Assembly (NCBI RefSeq): GCF_036321535.1
Contig: NC_087447.1
Span: 33,172,001-33,236,000, forward strand
Origin: Camelus dromedarius
Lineage: Eukaryota
Length of the DNA stretch: 64,000 nucleotides
Reading direction: 5' to 3'
Of the stretch, positions 25,579 to 39,149 are shown piece after piece. A program made the translations under genes and the position numbers. The notes beneath the pieces were generated by a model. The model was not told where the DNA came from. It did not search any database and saw only the letters and a program-made list of their open reading frames with translations. Numbering within the stretch: the stretch's first letter is position 1; every line of letters starts with the position of its first letter.

Positions 25579-28500
25579 AAGTCACTTTGGACCCTCAATC
25601 TCTCATTTAAACCATCATTTGTTGGGCTCTGCCATAAATAATAACAAACACATTAATGAAGCAAATATGAAAAGGGGAAAGGAATGAAAGGAGACTCAAG
25701 GGGAAAAGCTACAGTAACATAGCCAAGAGTACAGAGTCAAGAGAAAAAAAAAAAAAGATCAGAGAAGAGATGAAATAAAATAAAACGGGTCCAGGCAGTA
25801 GTGGAGCACACTCAGAACGCCAGCAGCCTTGAGAGGTACGCACAATAACATGCCAGTGCTATTTTGTGACTTGTCATTTTTCTAAATCCTAAAAATAGAG
25901 AGAGGGCACCGCTCTCTGGCTTCCCTGGTGGGCTTGGCTCCGAAGCTGTGAGCTGCTCCAACCTGTCCTAAAAAAAATGGTTTGCTTGAGGCCAAGAGAA
26001 GCATGACAGGCTGTATCTTCACTCGATTCCCTCCCCCGCACTGTAAGCCGCTCAGCGTGGGTTGCTGCCCTAACAGTCGTTTGGACCACACACCCTCTGG
26101 CTGAGACAGGGATGGTCCCCAATGCCCCTCTCACACCGACAGGCAGGGATGATACCTGCCGCCTCAGAACAACACTGCATTTTTCATATAACCAAGTCAA
26201 AGGGACCACCTGCTTGAAGAAAAAAAAAAGCCTCTTAATGAGAAGATACCCTAAGGTTTTGGAGAATTCACAAGCAAGAACTCTCCAGACACAGTTCTTC
26301 AAGAGTTCATCAAAATTCAGAATCAGATGACTACAATTTGAAGGTATTTTCTGATGCTTTCTATGTCTCGAACATCCCAGCTATTTGAGTCTCCCAATAC
26401 TTTAAAGGTTTCCCTACACTCAACTTATCAACCAGAATGGGAAAATTAATGCCAAAAGGGGGAAAACAAATGCTAGCTGATCTAGGGAAGACTCTGCATT
26501 TTAAAGGACAAAGAACTCACTACAAATATATAAATATGGAAAACACATCTCATAAACAAGGCAGGCGATGGCTGGAACACCTCTGCCTAGTTACAAAGTA
26601 TTTATACGTAAAATAATTATACTGATACTGCCAAGATACGTGTTAACCTTAGTGTTAACACTTCTTTGGGCGCTTGCTTTTCCCAGAAATGTCCTTTAAT
26701 GAGTCACACTTGAGAAACCCTGATCTTCCCCTGAGTGAATCCCTACACAAGTGTATTTCCTGCTTGGGGCTGGTCTGAGCTTTGCTCTGTGACTGACTCA
26801 CTCTTCATCGAAACTAAGGCAAAAACCACCATCACCTTCCACCATAATAAAGGAAGAGTAAACACATGCATATGATAGACCCAAATGAAGACAAGAGAGG
26901 CAGCTGGATCTTAATACTTCTCCAATGTGGCAAAGGCTATAATAATTCATCCAGAAGAGAGGGTATTTCGCAGCTGTGAACAGTTAGATATTTTTAAGTA
27001 ACTCTGCTAATTTGGGCAATGCTTATGAAATAAGTAGAAACAATTAAAGGATTACCTGAGAGCTGCAGTGTGATTTCCACAAAGTAGTATACAGATGTAG
27101 GCACAGAAAACTTCCAGCAGGTTTAAATTATGGATGGTTTTTAATTTTTTCTTATTCTTCTGAATTTGTCTATGTTACTACAATATGCATATATTACTTT
27201 CATAAATACAAAGAATCTCTTTTATAATTTTATTAAACTTGCTGTTGTCTTTACATATCTTGCTGTGGGCTGTGAACCCTCTCTAAGGACATTTCCCAGC
27301 TGCCAAAAACCCTATCCTGGAGTTCAACCTAGACCAAACTTCTGACCTCTCACTCCTTTTCACAAAAGCACTTTGTCCTGTGGCTGCCACTAAGGACTAA
27401 CCAGATGCCAGACACCAGAGCTGAAAAATGCCAAAGGTGTTCTCAGTTTAGGGGGCTTCCTTTCTCAGAGGAAAATCTTCAGAGCCTTCAGGGAGCTTAC
27501 AGAACATTTTCCAAAGCTCTGGTCTCCAGCAACTTACAAGCAACTTCAACTAATGACTCCCGAGGCGGTATTTTTTTTTTAAATAAAGGAATGAATTAAT
27601 GCTAGTTACAAACCCTTGTGAATCTACTTTTTGTCAGTCTTCTGAACCCATAAGCCCAAAGCGTTTGACTGTGGGCTTGTGTTCCCAGAGGATCTGGATG
27701 CTGTCTACAGAGACTGAGTTTCTAAAGGGAAGCAACTCTCCAAATGTGTTTCAAGGAGAATTGGTGTCCCTGAAAATGCTTCAAGAGCCACTTGGTGAGG
27801 AAAAATGGGGAAAAGGAAATTTGTAAACAGGCCTTCGGGCTTCAATATTGAGCACCTCCTCAGAGTCAGTCATTTGGTTGGGCTCTTTCATGCGTTTAGA
27901 CCTTAAAACCCAGCCTTCTCTTTTGGTGTTACAAGCAGAGACATGGAGCACTTCCGGAATTGCCCCAAGATCCCAAAGCGCAGAAGGACAGAGCTGCCGG
28001 TTAAATGGGATTCTCTCGGCCCCAAGGCCCAGGCTCTGTCTGTCCTTCTAATAATGGCTGATGTCTACTAAGTCTGCAGTCCATATTGCATTAGGATTTT
28101 AAAGGCATCTTCAGAAGGGCTCCGAAGAGGCTGCATCTGAGCCTCTGAAGTTAGAAGGCCTGCATTCCTAACCCGACTCCAACACTTCCGAGGCCTGTGG
28201 CTGGGGACAATTCTGTAACCGCCCTGTATCTCAAGTCAGATTCCTCGTCTGTAAAACAGAGGCAGTAATAGCTAACATTTGTTGACTAACTGCTCTGTGC
28301 TGACCTCTCTTCACTTCATAATTATTATCTCATTTATTCCTCCCAAGAATCTGGGAGGAAGGTGTGTCCATTTTCAAGAAGTTGATTCAAGTTGAAGCTC
28401 CTAATAAACGCCTGGGGTTGGAGCAGGAACCCAGGTCTGTCTAACTCAGAGTCTTTGGATTTTCTCCCTTCTACCAGCGTCACCTCCAGGTCATATCGTA

Positions 28501-30254
28501 GGTCAATCAACACGGAGATGGATCTATTTCCAAAGCACCAGGCACCCTATTACTTCCTCATTCTCTTATCCCATCTCCTACCCAACATGGAAGTCAAACT
28601 CCTTCAGACACCCTCCTGTGGAAACACACTCTCTCTACTACAAAGGAATTAATACCCTCCTTTCTCCCAGCACTAGTGCTCTTTCCACAGCATTTATTAC
28701 CCACACCTCACAGTTTAGCTCTCAGCTGTTATGCCCTATAAAATTATTCTCCTAAAATGTAAATTGTATGTCCCCTAAAGAGACCGTAATTTCTGAGAGG
28801 TCAGGAATCATGTCTTACAGAATCACAGAATTAGAAAAGCAGTATTTTGCAAGATTATGTTTTGTTTTTATCAGCTGAACTCTCTTCGTAAGAAATCTTA
28901 CTTGGACTCCCAGCTCCTCTGACTGAGAACGACTAAGGTCATTAAAACTTAATCTTTCAAGGGTCAAAGGAAAATGTTGAGACAGTGGCATTCATTCTGC
29001 AAGCTGGTGTCAAGGGAAGAGCTACAATCTGCTGCTTGATTCTCACCCAGTGGTGGCTTTGCTATGGAAATCCGGGGACTTTTCTGATCCCCTGAGCATC
29101 TTTCTTTGACTTTGGCCACAGTCCAGGAGGAAAAAAAAAAAAAAAGTTGGACTAACTGCCTTGGATCTGGAAACCCTGCCAGAAGGGCTTAAGTAAAATA
29201 GGGCAGACAGGACCTGCCTATCAGGGCACCTTCTAGGACCCTCAAAGGATAAAAACAGCATCCTAATTGCACATGTCCTTCAACTGCCATATTGGTCAAT
29301 CAAATTACCCGGGAACACAATGAAGCAAAGTCCTTGTTTTTAATCTCTTTAGCTCAGACTCATAATCTATGTCACCAAGGATGAAAGGCATTAGTACAAC
29401 CAAGCCATAAACATTTTTTAAAATTTAATTTAGTAGGATGACACTTAGGAGATTTTGGAGGAATAAACTCAATGTCACCTTTATCTCGCATTTTCTGTTT
29501 TCTAATATTTTAGTAACACTTTTCTGATACTAACACATAATGCAGATTCACTGCCTTTTTTCCATTTCATAGAAAATTTGGAAAATACATAAAGTGTAAA
29601 GAAAAGGTATCATGTACAATCTTATTCACAGACACTCTGTTACCTAATGATTTGGAGGAATATTCTCTGCCCATGTTTCTATGTGTTTGTGTGGACCCAT
29701 ACATCATTTTTATGTATTTATTATTTTAATTGGAAAACAGCATAACATCCTAGTTTAAATCGCCATTATACTAGGTAGATAGATACACTATATGGTGAGA
29801 ATTTTCCATTGACACTAAATAATCTTCTAAACATCATTTTAAAATTCACTGTATTTTAATTCATGAATATATTATATTTATTTAATCAAACTTCCATTAG
29901 TTCATATTTAGGCTGCTTCTAGTTTCCTTTCATATAAATAGTAAGTGGAATAAATGACCACAGTGAAAATCCTCTCACACAAGTCATTGTGATTAATTGT
30001 TTCCTTAGAATAAGTTGCTATAAAAATAAATATTTCTAGGCCTTTTGACATATACTGTCAAAGTATCCTCAACAAAGTTTGGATCAATTTACATTTCCTA
30101 TCAGCAAGGTAAGAAAAGGGGCCTATTTCCCAAACCACTTACAGAGAGACAGGCACATACACAAATTGAGTATAATTAGCATCTAACTGCATTTCTTTTA
30201 ATTACTCTTATACTTGAAATAGTTTTCAAAGCTTTGAATATATTTTAATAGATG

Positions 30255-30840
30255 CTGTCAGCCACCTATACAATTGTTGATCTATACACACACACACCCC
30301 TTCTCCTTCCTCAACAGTGGAACCCACATTTTGTTTAGATGTAAGATAGCCAAATCCTTTAAAAGAAACTGGGACCTCCCTACCTCAGGGATAACTCTTG
30401 ATTCAAGGTTATTCTATTTGCTTTTCTAAGACATCATTTAGTAATAGGTATACTAAATAACTTTGACCAATGAAACATGAAAACAGATCTGCTGGGGATG
30501 GACTTCGGACAGTTATTCTTGGTCTTAAAGGAAATTCTCTCTTCCCTTCTGACTTGGGGGATGTGGTTAAGTTGAGATCTGATGCATGGAGTGACTTCAA
30601 CCGTTTTGAGACCTTGAAAGGAGTTAGACCAAGTTCCAAACTATCACGATGAAAATAACAAAGTAAAAAGTTGGAAACAGTCTATGTCACTGATGATGTC
30701 ATGGAGCAGCTAAATTAACTAATTCTGAAAACACCATCTCCTAGACTTTTTGCAACGAGAGGATAAACTTATTATTTAAGCCAGGAGAGTTGGGTTCTTC
30801 TTAAATTATTCTTTGAACTAAAATCAGCTGAACTGATATA
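30255..30840 (+). mobile_element. MLT1-type MaLR LTR
   Basis: cccttctccttcc...cccacattttgttt...ttatttaagcca...gttggg...aactgatata. Confidence 0.6.
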
Positions 30841-33800
30841 CCTACACTGTCTCACTCTGTCCCTCCACAGCTCTACAGAGATATCTAGAGGACACTGACG
30901 AAGAAACAGAGAACTTACATGGTTGTCCAATTCATGAAGTTAAAAAGCAGCACAGCCAAAGCTTGCAACCAGTAGAATTTATACACTAATGTTTACACTA
31001 GATTTTAATCATGAGAATTTAGAGCTTTCATTTTGGCCTGAGAATAATCAATGTATATTCTCAACCATCTCACATAAAGGAAACATAATCCAAAGATGTT
31101 TTACTACACCTTAGAAACGCATGGAAACAGTTACACATATGCATCAACCAAGTCTTTGAGAAAGAAATAAAGAATATATGATAGCTTGCTGGGTTAGTAA
31201 AGAGAAAAGGTCCGTTCATTGCGTCAACTCAAATGTGGCTGTAAGCCAGGCTGCAAAAGGCTGGCCTCAACACTGCTGTAAGTGCTGAAGCATCCTTCAT
31301 CAAAACCCTTTATGTGAAAGCTCAGCTGTGCTCTGAATGCACAGCCCCAGCAATGGAGTGTACAGAAGTAGTAACAAGCCTTCCATGATGAATTTGCGTC
31401 AAGGGCAACACAGTACTTAATAGGTCTGTGCACAAACACCCCGGGGGCAAGATTCATCATTTATTCTAGCTGGTCTGCAGCAGCCAATGTGGCTCAGATC
31501 CTTCAATACGTGATGGTATTAAAAACAACAACAACAACAACAACAAAAAGAAAAACAAAACCTCTCAGTTAAACTCAACAAAGCCAAACACCAGACAAAT
31601 CCTCCAAGCTGAAATCTCTAGGTAAACGCCCTTTGATATCCTAAGACTTATTTCCTGGCTTTAACAAACCTTAGCATTATTTTAAAACAACTTTGCTAAA
31701 TGCAGTAGATATCTGGTCTTTGGTTTTCCCAGGATTATGTATGGGAAACTAAAATGGGCCTGGAAAACCAAACATACCATTAATTTTTACCCCATGGTCT
31801 CTGTTCAGAGGAGCCTCTTAATTTTTTTCTGTTTTTACCTTTATGTATCAAAAAAAAATTTCTTTAGGTGAAGTCACAGAAATCACAGATGATGTTTGCT
31901 ATCTTACTTGTTCCCTTTATTTCTTACCTTTGCAGAAAGTTTTTGGCATAAAAATGAGTGCTTACCCGTTACCATCAAGCACCTGTCTCGGTGCTGCGTA
32001 CTTTTATCATAAATCACAAGCAGCCTCCTTTAAAGCTGCCTGCAAATCCAACGGTAATGTCTTATCAAACAACCTAAACACAGGGAGTTTAAGTGGGGAT
32101 AAACGGAAGTCAGAGACCAATAAATCAAGCAAGTTGACTACTTCAAAACTCAGAGGGTCCAGGGAGTAGAACAGCCCTCCCCAACCCTCAATTTCAGACA
32201 CTCCTCCAGCTTCAAAATCCATAATAGAGCAAGAGCAACTCAGGGATCTCTCACAGGACAAAGACTCACACACAAATTCCAAGATCAAAATCTCCCCCGG
32301 TGTCAAAGGTCGAAGTTGTAGATTTCACCAACAGAAACTTTCCTAGAAAAATGTACAGAGCCTCATAAATAATCAATACACGGTTATGTCAGGGAACCCC
32401 AGCTCCCGGTCTAATGATTAAGTTGTAGCACACTTTTGAGTTCTAGGTAATTATTCCCAGTGTTGAATCCTCAGAACTCTTATCCCTTGAGCTGTAATCT
32501 GTTTTCACTTTTCAACCAGAAAAAAGTAGGAGAGAGGTAATATTTCTTTTCTGTTTGATCAATTATCTGTCCCCTCCAGCAGCAGGTGTGGCACCTGCTG
32601 TCTCCAGTGCAGCCTTCCTAAAAGGACTGTTGTCACAGCACAGAACTGGGAAAGCAATTTTGGGGCTCCTTCTCTGGAACTTATCAAAGGCCAACACTCT
32701 AGGATGTGAAATACCCAATACCTACCTAGGCCCTACTGAGACTTTGAAGAGGGATTGATCTGGCAAACTTGGAACATCTCTGATGTCGAATGAACCTTTG
32801 AATTTTCTCATTTGAAGATGTTGCCTCACGAACCATGAACAACCCTGGGCAAAGAGGTCACTGTCACCAATCTCTTTGGCCAGATTTCCTAACACTCATG
32901 AAAGACATTAACTGTATACTGGATACATGAATAAAATAATAAATGAGTAAATGAATGAATGAATAATTCAATAGATCAATATATCACCAAAGCTGATATA
33001 CCTTCTTTAATTCTAGGCTTACTCGTTTTTGATTGAATGGAAATTTTCAATATGACTACTAACTTCTAAAATGTTAGCATCAGAGTAAATGACAAACTAA
33101 CATTAAAAAAAGGAGAAATAAACTAAGGCATATCAAACACACTTCAGTGAAAAATAAAATTGGAAAAAAAGGAGAAAAAAAATGACCTCTACATACTTGA
33201 AAAACAGCTGAACAGAGGCAGGAGGTACTCACTGATCTGGGAGAGAGACTAGAATGATCTTTGGAAATAAGAATGTCAATGCTGAGAAATGCTGAGTCAG
33301 GAACTTGGGGCAAACAAAAAGATGCCTTCAGGCCTGTCAATTTCTCCTGGCAAACTGTATTCTGGAGATGAAGCACCTGAAAAGACACCGTCACACTGAT
33401 GGAAGACATCCATTACACACCTCATTTATTACCCTGGCTAATAACCACTTGGGGGAAGAAGTCTTCTTTGACAGTAAAGAAATGACAGAGATTAGAGGTG
33501 CGGGATCTGCTCTGTCTTGGAGAGTAAAGAGCACATTTGACCTCAGAGGCTAGTTTTCAGGACACCAAGGTGAATGTCAGCGTTGCAGCTTACTACGAAA
33601 GTGCCTGATGGAGGCCCCTGAACCTGGTCCAGAGGAGAAAGGACCTTCAAGGAGAATGCTTGTCTCTTAGCTCTGCTCATCCCCATCCATATTCCCGACT
33701 GCAAATTCCTACTTTACATGCAGGCTAACATGCCTCGGTCAACTCCAAAAGCTCCTCCTGGTCTGCAAAAGCATTCCAGTTGCGCCACCCTGACAACCAC

Positions 33801-34004
33801 GCGCCCTTTTCTTGCTGCATTTTGCCTGAACATCCGTCCTAGCACTTGGTACAATGTGATCAATATTGTACTTATTATTTTGAAACTACTTTCTCAATTA
33901 CATTGTGAACTGCTACTAAAAAAAAAAAAAAAAAAAAAAAGATACTGTAATCCGTAGCTCCTCAGGTCAAAGGAAACATTTCTTAAGAATCAGTCCCTTT
34001 GGTG

Positions 34005-34398
34005 TTTCTTAGCACCATTCACTAAGTGTTTCTAGCTCTCAACCCATCCAGGCACACAATAGGACGGCATCTCTTCATCTTCTGGTGGTTGGTCGAGGGC
34101 TGGTGACTACAGTCAGTCAATGATTTGGAGGTCAAAGGGATAAGTGTGACTCCCTGGTCAGAACCTTTAACAGCTGATGTAAGACCCTCCAGGCTCTCTT
34201 TTCCCTGTGTTGGTGGTGAGCAATGTTCACAATAGTGACAATTCCACCAGCTTATCTCCCTGAATAAATCTGAGAGGCAGCACAGCACCCCTGTTGACCA
34301 GTGAAAGACATATTGCACGAGCAAGAAATAAAACCTGATTATTTTAAGTCACTCGTATTTGGGGTTGTTACTGCAGAACATCCTAACCTAACTCTACA
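34005..34398 (+). mobile_element. MLT1J-like MaLR LTR
   Basis: agcaagaaataaaacctgattattttaagtcact...tttggggttgttactgcagaacatcctaacctaactctaca is a typical MLT1 3' end. Confidence 0.7.
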
Positions 34399-34529
34399 AG
34401 GGCCCTGATAAACATTTTCACATGTATTATTTGATGTTCACAATAACCTGCAGGTATAGCAGACATGAGCAGCATTTTATAAATGAGGTTTTAAACAACG
34501 AGCCCAAGGCCAAGCAGGGTCCTCATCCC

Positions 34530-35590
34530 CTCTTTCAGTAGTTACTGAGCTGCTCTGTGCTTGGATAGGTTCTCAGGAGCCGAGATAGAGGAGTGAACAA
34601 AAAGGAAAAGGTCTCTGCTCTGAGAGCTTACAGCCTAATAGAAAGAGATACATTTTCAAATTCACATAGAAGCAATAGAAACTCCAGATGGTCATAAGTG
34701 ATAGTCAGAGAATTAAAATCAGGTGATATGACAGAAAAATGGGCAGCTAATTATATGAAGCAGAGAAAGCCTCTCTGAGCTGATCCTTTTTAGGCTGAGA
34801 GCTGAATGACAAGGAAGCCAGTTCGGCAGATTTCAAGAAGAAAACACTTCCAAGATGGGGCAACAGCCCAGGCAAAGGTCCTAAGGCAGAACAAGCTTGT
34901 TGAATTAAAAAAAAAGTCAAAAGTCATAGTGGACAAGGATGGAAACAGGACAAGATAAAGTCAGAGAGGCAGAAAGGAGAGAAGTCATACAAGGTTTTTT
35001 TGTTTGTTTTAATGGGGTACTGGGGATTGCACCCAGGACCTCATGCTCGCTCAGCATGCGCTCTCCCGCTGAGCTATTTCTCTCCCCTCCTTGGTTTTCA
35101 ATCAAAATAAGGAAAATGGATTTGATTTTCTTTGTAATGAAAACTACACGAGAGCTTTAGGCAGGTTTGTGTGATTCCTCGTTTTAAAACTTTGGTCTTG
35201 CTGCCCTGCGAAGAGCGTGTTATAGTGGGGCAAGCCCGGGGCAGAAGGTCCACAGTAAGTACTTTAACCTTTAAAGCATCAGCAGGGGAAGAACAGCTTG
35301 GGACACTGCGCACGAGCAGTCAGTGAGACAGAAGGAAAAGCAGGAAATACATCATCTCAAACGTCAAGAAAATTATGTGTTTAAAAGAGGAAGAAGCAGT
35401 CAGCTCTACTAAATGCTGCTGAGAGGTCCCGGAAGATGATAAGATTGAGCAAAATGGAGCCTGTGGTTGACCTTGCTAAATGGAGTCTCTGTGGAAAGGT
35501 GAGACCTAGTGGAAGGGGTGGGAGAGGGTATGCGAGGTAAGCGCGTGAAAATGAAAACACTAACCACAGACAATTCAGTGAAGAGATTTG
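34530..35590 (-). mobile_element. L2 fragments, interrupted by a SINE
   Basis: ttactgagc...gtgaacaaaa...gagcttacagcctaa...aaagcctctctgag...ggcaaaggtcctaaggcag...aaatgctgctgagaggtc. Confidence 0.7.
34995..35087 (-). mobile_element. tRNA-Ala-derived SINE (camelid Vic-1-like)
   Basis: The reverse complement reads ggggagagaaatagctcagcgggagagcgcatgctgagcgagcatgaggtcctgggtgcaatccccagtacccc plus an A-rich tail. A and B boxes are present. Confidence 0.8.
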
Positions 35591-35594
35591 TTGT

Positions 35595-35738
35595 GGGGGG
35601 TGATGTGAGTATCACTTAGTAGCAGAGCATGTGCTTAGCATGCACAAGAGCCTGGGTTCAATCCCTAGTATCTCCATTAAAATAAATAAATACATACATA
35701 AACAAACTTGTCCGCCTCAAAAAAAAAAAAAAAAAAAA
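35595..35738 (+). mobile_element. tRNA-Ala-derived SINE (Vic-1-like)
   Basis: cttagtagcagagcatgtgcttagcatgcacaagagcctgggttcaatccctagtatctcc followed by (TAAA)n and poly-A. Confidence 0.85.
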
Positions 35739-36407
35739 CTTTAAAAAAACAGGTGTGCAGTGAACAGGGCAGTAGATAAGAAGCAATTCAGGATTCATAG
35801 AAGATTTTGGGGGAGAGGGGAATACATCTTCTACCCAATTCTGTGACCTATGAAGGACGTCCAAAGCCCTCGTCAAGACTTCTGACATCCCTGAGAGGAG
35901 GCCGCGGTGACCATGATGCATGTATGTCTGTACAAGTGTGAGAAGGGATAGGAATGGTTACTTAATAATGGTTCCCTCTGCCTCTGAGGTCATGATGTCC
36001 TACACACACGTGGACCATTTCTGTTGTCCCCCGTGTTAACTTGCATTCCATTGGGGTAGGAAGAGGTAAGGTCTCACCCAGCATTCAAGGTGGTAGATTT
36101 TGCTGAAGGTTGGAGGGTCATGAGGAAGACTTGCATTGCATACTACACAGCAAACGACCGCCACCACCAAGACCCTCACATTACACAGTCCTACCATTAC
36201 AGTCCTCCCAGCTATCCTGTCCCCGAGCGCTTTTCGCTGCCCCATCCTCCACAGCACCCAGCCTTCCGCCCTGTGACTGGTGCCTCTCTCCTCCCTTTTT
36301 CCCCTCTCTTTCATTCTAACTTTTCTGTTCTCTCTTAGACAAAGTACACACACACATAAACAAAATAAAACAGGTGTCTGTGTGTAGATTTTTTTCTTGC
36401 TGAACTA

Positions 36408-36620
36408 TTTTTTTTCTTGTTTTCTTTAATTGCAGTATAGTTGATTTACAATGTTGTATTAGCTTCTAGTGTACAGCACAGGGATTCAGTCATATACACA
36501 CACACACATATTCTTTTTCATTACAGGTTACTACAAGCCATTGAATATAGTTCCCTGTGCTGTACCATAGGACCTTGTCATTTATCTATTCTGTACATAG
36601 CAGTTTACATCTGCCAATCC
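36408..36620 (-). mobile_element. Young L1 3' end fragment
   Basis: agtatagttgatttacaatgttgt...ttgaatatagttccctgtgctgtac...ggaccttg. Confidence 0.85.
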
Positions 36621-38184
36621 ACTGATACCCACACCCTTGCCTTTTGCTCCAAACAACACAGTTCTCTTCCTAAAAGTAACTCTGGAGCTGGTTCTTAAAG
36701 TAATACATTTTCCATCATGTTCATATGTATAAACCACCAGGCAGAGCACCTGCCCTTAACAGGCTTTCAGCAAGCACCAGCCCCTGCCTTCCTCCCTCTG
36801 TGAAAGAGGAACAGAGGCATTAGGTGTTCTGATAATAATTTCAACCAGCTCTTTTCACCCAGCAGAGCCTTCATCAGGGTTGCGTTGAACGATACTGCAC
36901 AGCTGTGTTGGGAGGATATTCATGGCCTTCATCTCATGTCAGAGGTAACAGAAGTCAAGACTTAGACCACTGAGAACAGAGCAATAGTCATCTATAACAT
37001 CACAGAGTTTTAGATTGTGTTTGTTTACAGGTCCAAATGAGTTTTGCCCCCTGAAAATGTTTAGATCTCAGCATGCTATGTTGATGAAATCTGTCTTTTT
37101 TTCTTTAGGAATTTTGTTATTGTATGTAAGAGACAGATAAATGAGATGTGACCTACTGCAGGAGTCAGCAACTTGCATCAGTCTGAGATCACCAGCCCCT
37201 TAGTCGAAGAATAATAACTTATAAATATATAACAACCAACAGCAAAGGGATCTGGACAAACATGCTTACCCAACTTCTACAATTTTTTGCACTTCTGAAA
37301 AAAACCATTCAAAATAAAATATATTAGGAAAAGATGCCACTCCATTCTGAGTGAAGAATTCATTTTTGCTATGCCAGTGTCATTAGGACAAAGAGAAAGA
37401 TGTAAGAGTCAGAGAACCATACAGCGTGACTGAAAACCTGGGTTCCAGGAGCCCTTTTCTTACAGGTTACAGATTGAGAATGTAGAGACATTTAATCCAA
37501 GAGAAGACAGACTCAGAATCTTACTACTTTAACTATTTTGCATTCAAGTCTCCAAATTCATAACTAGAATGATAACAGAACCCCAAATCAAATGCCCCAC
37601 AAAGCCAGCACTGCTCACACAGAGGCACGACCACAGCCTCTGGAGTTCCAGTTGAGTGCTGACAGCCCAGTGAGAGGGGAAGTGGGGGGGAGGGAAACTG
37701 ACAATAAGCGGATGTCAAGGAAAAGTCTTGGCTGGCGCCCGTACACCCAATCCCTGCCCACCAGGCACTCTTGCTACCGCTTTAAATTAAACCTCTTGTC
37801 TTTCCCAATGAGAACAAAGTACATTTTCTCATACACAAAAGCATTTCAATATGATGGAAAGAAAACAATTAGATACTTTTCTCTTTGGGGAACTGATGTC
37901 TCTAAGTCCTTCAGTGTTACCATAGGCAACTAGGACTTCAGTTTCACATCATACACCCAAGCATGCATGCACACACACAGAGGCAGAAACACTGGGAATG
38001 GGAATAAATTATGCAGACAAAATTTCTCTTATTAACACTTTTTCTCTAAAAAGTGTGATGGTAAAACAACGCAGGAGAAGAACTGGTTAGTTAAAAATAG
38101 GACTTTGTGTACGTGGAGTGAAATGTAACACACAGATACGGTGCAGAGAAGGACTGAATCAGAAAAACAACCTTGTTTCTTAAC

Positions 38185-38190
38185 GCTCAC
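38185..38190 (-). promoter_or_regulatory. NELL1: 5' splice donor of the NELL1 exon
   Basis: The minus strand reads CAG|GTGAGC, close to the donor consensus. Confidence 0.9.
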
Positions 38191-38316
38191 CTGTACAAGA
38201 GAAGTCATCCACGCGAATGTATCCTGGGACACAGTCACAGCGATATAACCCGGGCAGGTTGACACACACAGTATTGGCGTGACAGTAATGCATCTTAGCC
38301 GCACACTCATCTATAT
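38191..38316 (-). CDS. NELL1: NELL1 internal coding exon, calcium-binding EGF-like module (probably orthologous to human exon 13; exon number from memory)
   Basis: The minus strand reads ttttctccttcAG|ATATAGATGAGTGTGCGGCTAAG...TCTTGTACAG|GTgag. It is 126 nt, phase 1-1, and translates to (D)IDECAAKMHYCHANTVCVNLPGLYRCDCVPGYIRVDDFSCT(E). It has six Cys with the cbEGF D-I-D-E-C and C-x-N-x4-Y-x-C motifs and matches the NELL1 sequence as I recall it. The ORF track translates it in the wrong frame (38032..38310). Confidence 0.96.
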
Positions 38317-38353
38317 CTGAAGGAGAAAAAAAGCAGCAGTGTCACGGTTAGTC
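38317..38353 (-). promoter_or_regulatory. NELL1: 3' splice site of the NELL1 exon: branch point, polypyrimidine tract and AG
   Basis: The minus strand reads GACTAAC (branch A near 38348, ~32 nt upstream of the exon), then a T/C-rich tract ending ctccttcAG. Confidence 0.85.
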
Positions 38354-39149
38354 GAATGACTGAACCAGAATGTAACCATCTTACACTGAAATTAAAAAGG
38401 CGAATGCCTGGTGAAGCCAAGAGGAAAAAGCCAGATGCATTCAACACCAAAGCTTAAGTGCCAATTCAGCTGGTGCTGAATTTAGATCTCATCTTGAGCT
38501 GCAAGTATTTCTATAAAGATGCAGAGTGGGACACACCAGTTATGAACCCAAGAAGTAGGAAGACTGACCCTATATTATTAATCTTTTACCAAGGAGGACA
38601 CTTGATTATAATGTCCAAAATCAAGGAGTTCTGTGTCCAGGAATTGATACCAGTGAATATTTATGTGGTGTCCACTGTATATGGTGTTGCTTTTAACAGA
38701 GTGATCAAGGCAATCCAGTCCCTCCCTGCTTGTTTTTCATGCTAAGACACGCTTTAATCCATCTGTTAGAAATTGATGGCATAGCCACTTTCTCCCACGG
38801 TGCACTGTGAATACAGACAGCAGCTCTTGTCTAATGCAAATCAATGCCTTTCATCCCTTGACCTGGAGATGCATCCCTTGTGTTAGCATAATCAGCTGAT
38901 TCAACAAAGAGATCTTTTTCTCTTTGGAATGGGAGTCAGAGTATCACCCATTTTCTCATAAAAAGTTCATGTAAGAATGAAAATAACCTACAACCTGAAG
39001 CACAGAGTTGAGTCTTCTATGGAGTTTTTCAAAGATGGTTTTATGTTCATTTTACTCAGACTGCTAATGTGTGGTGGCCGGGGAGAGGGAAGGATATAAA
39101 CACAGCATGGGAGTCCAAAATACAACACATGAGTTCTCTAATTTGAAAA

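Larger units (their letters stand above)
1..38190 (-). other. NELL1: NELL1 intron downstream of the exon (continues beyond the window)
   Basis: I did not find the next expected NELL1 exon (EHDECGSGQHNC...) by eye. The region is repeat-rich, and NELL1 is known for very large introns. Confidence 0.75.

Noticed and set aside
38032..38310. 92-aa ORF overlapping the exon
   Set aside because: It is the wrong reading frame of the NELL1 exon running on into intron.
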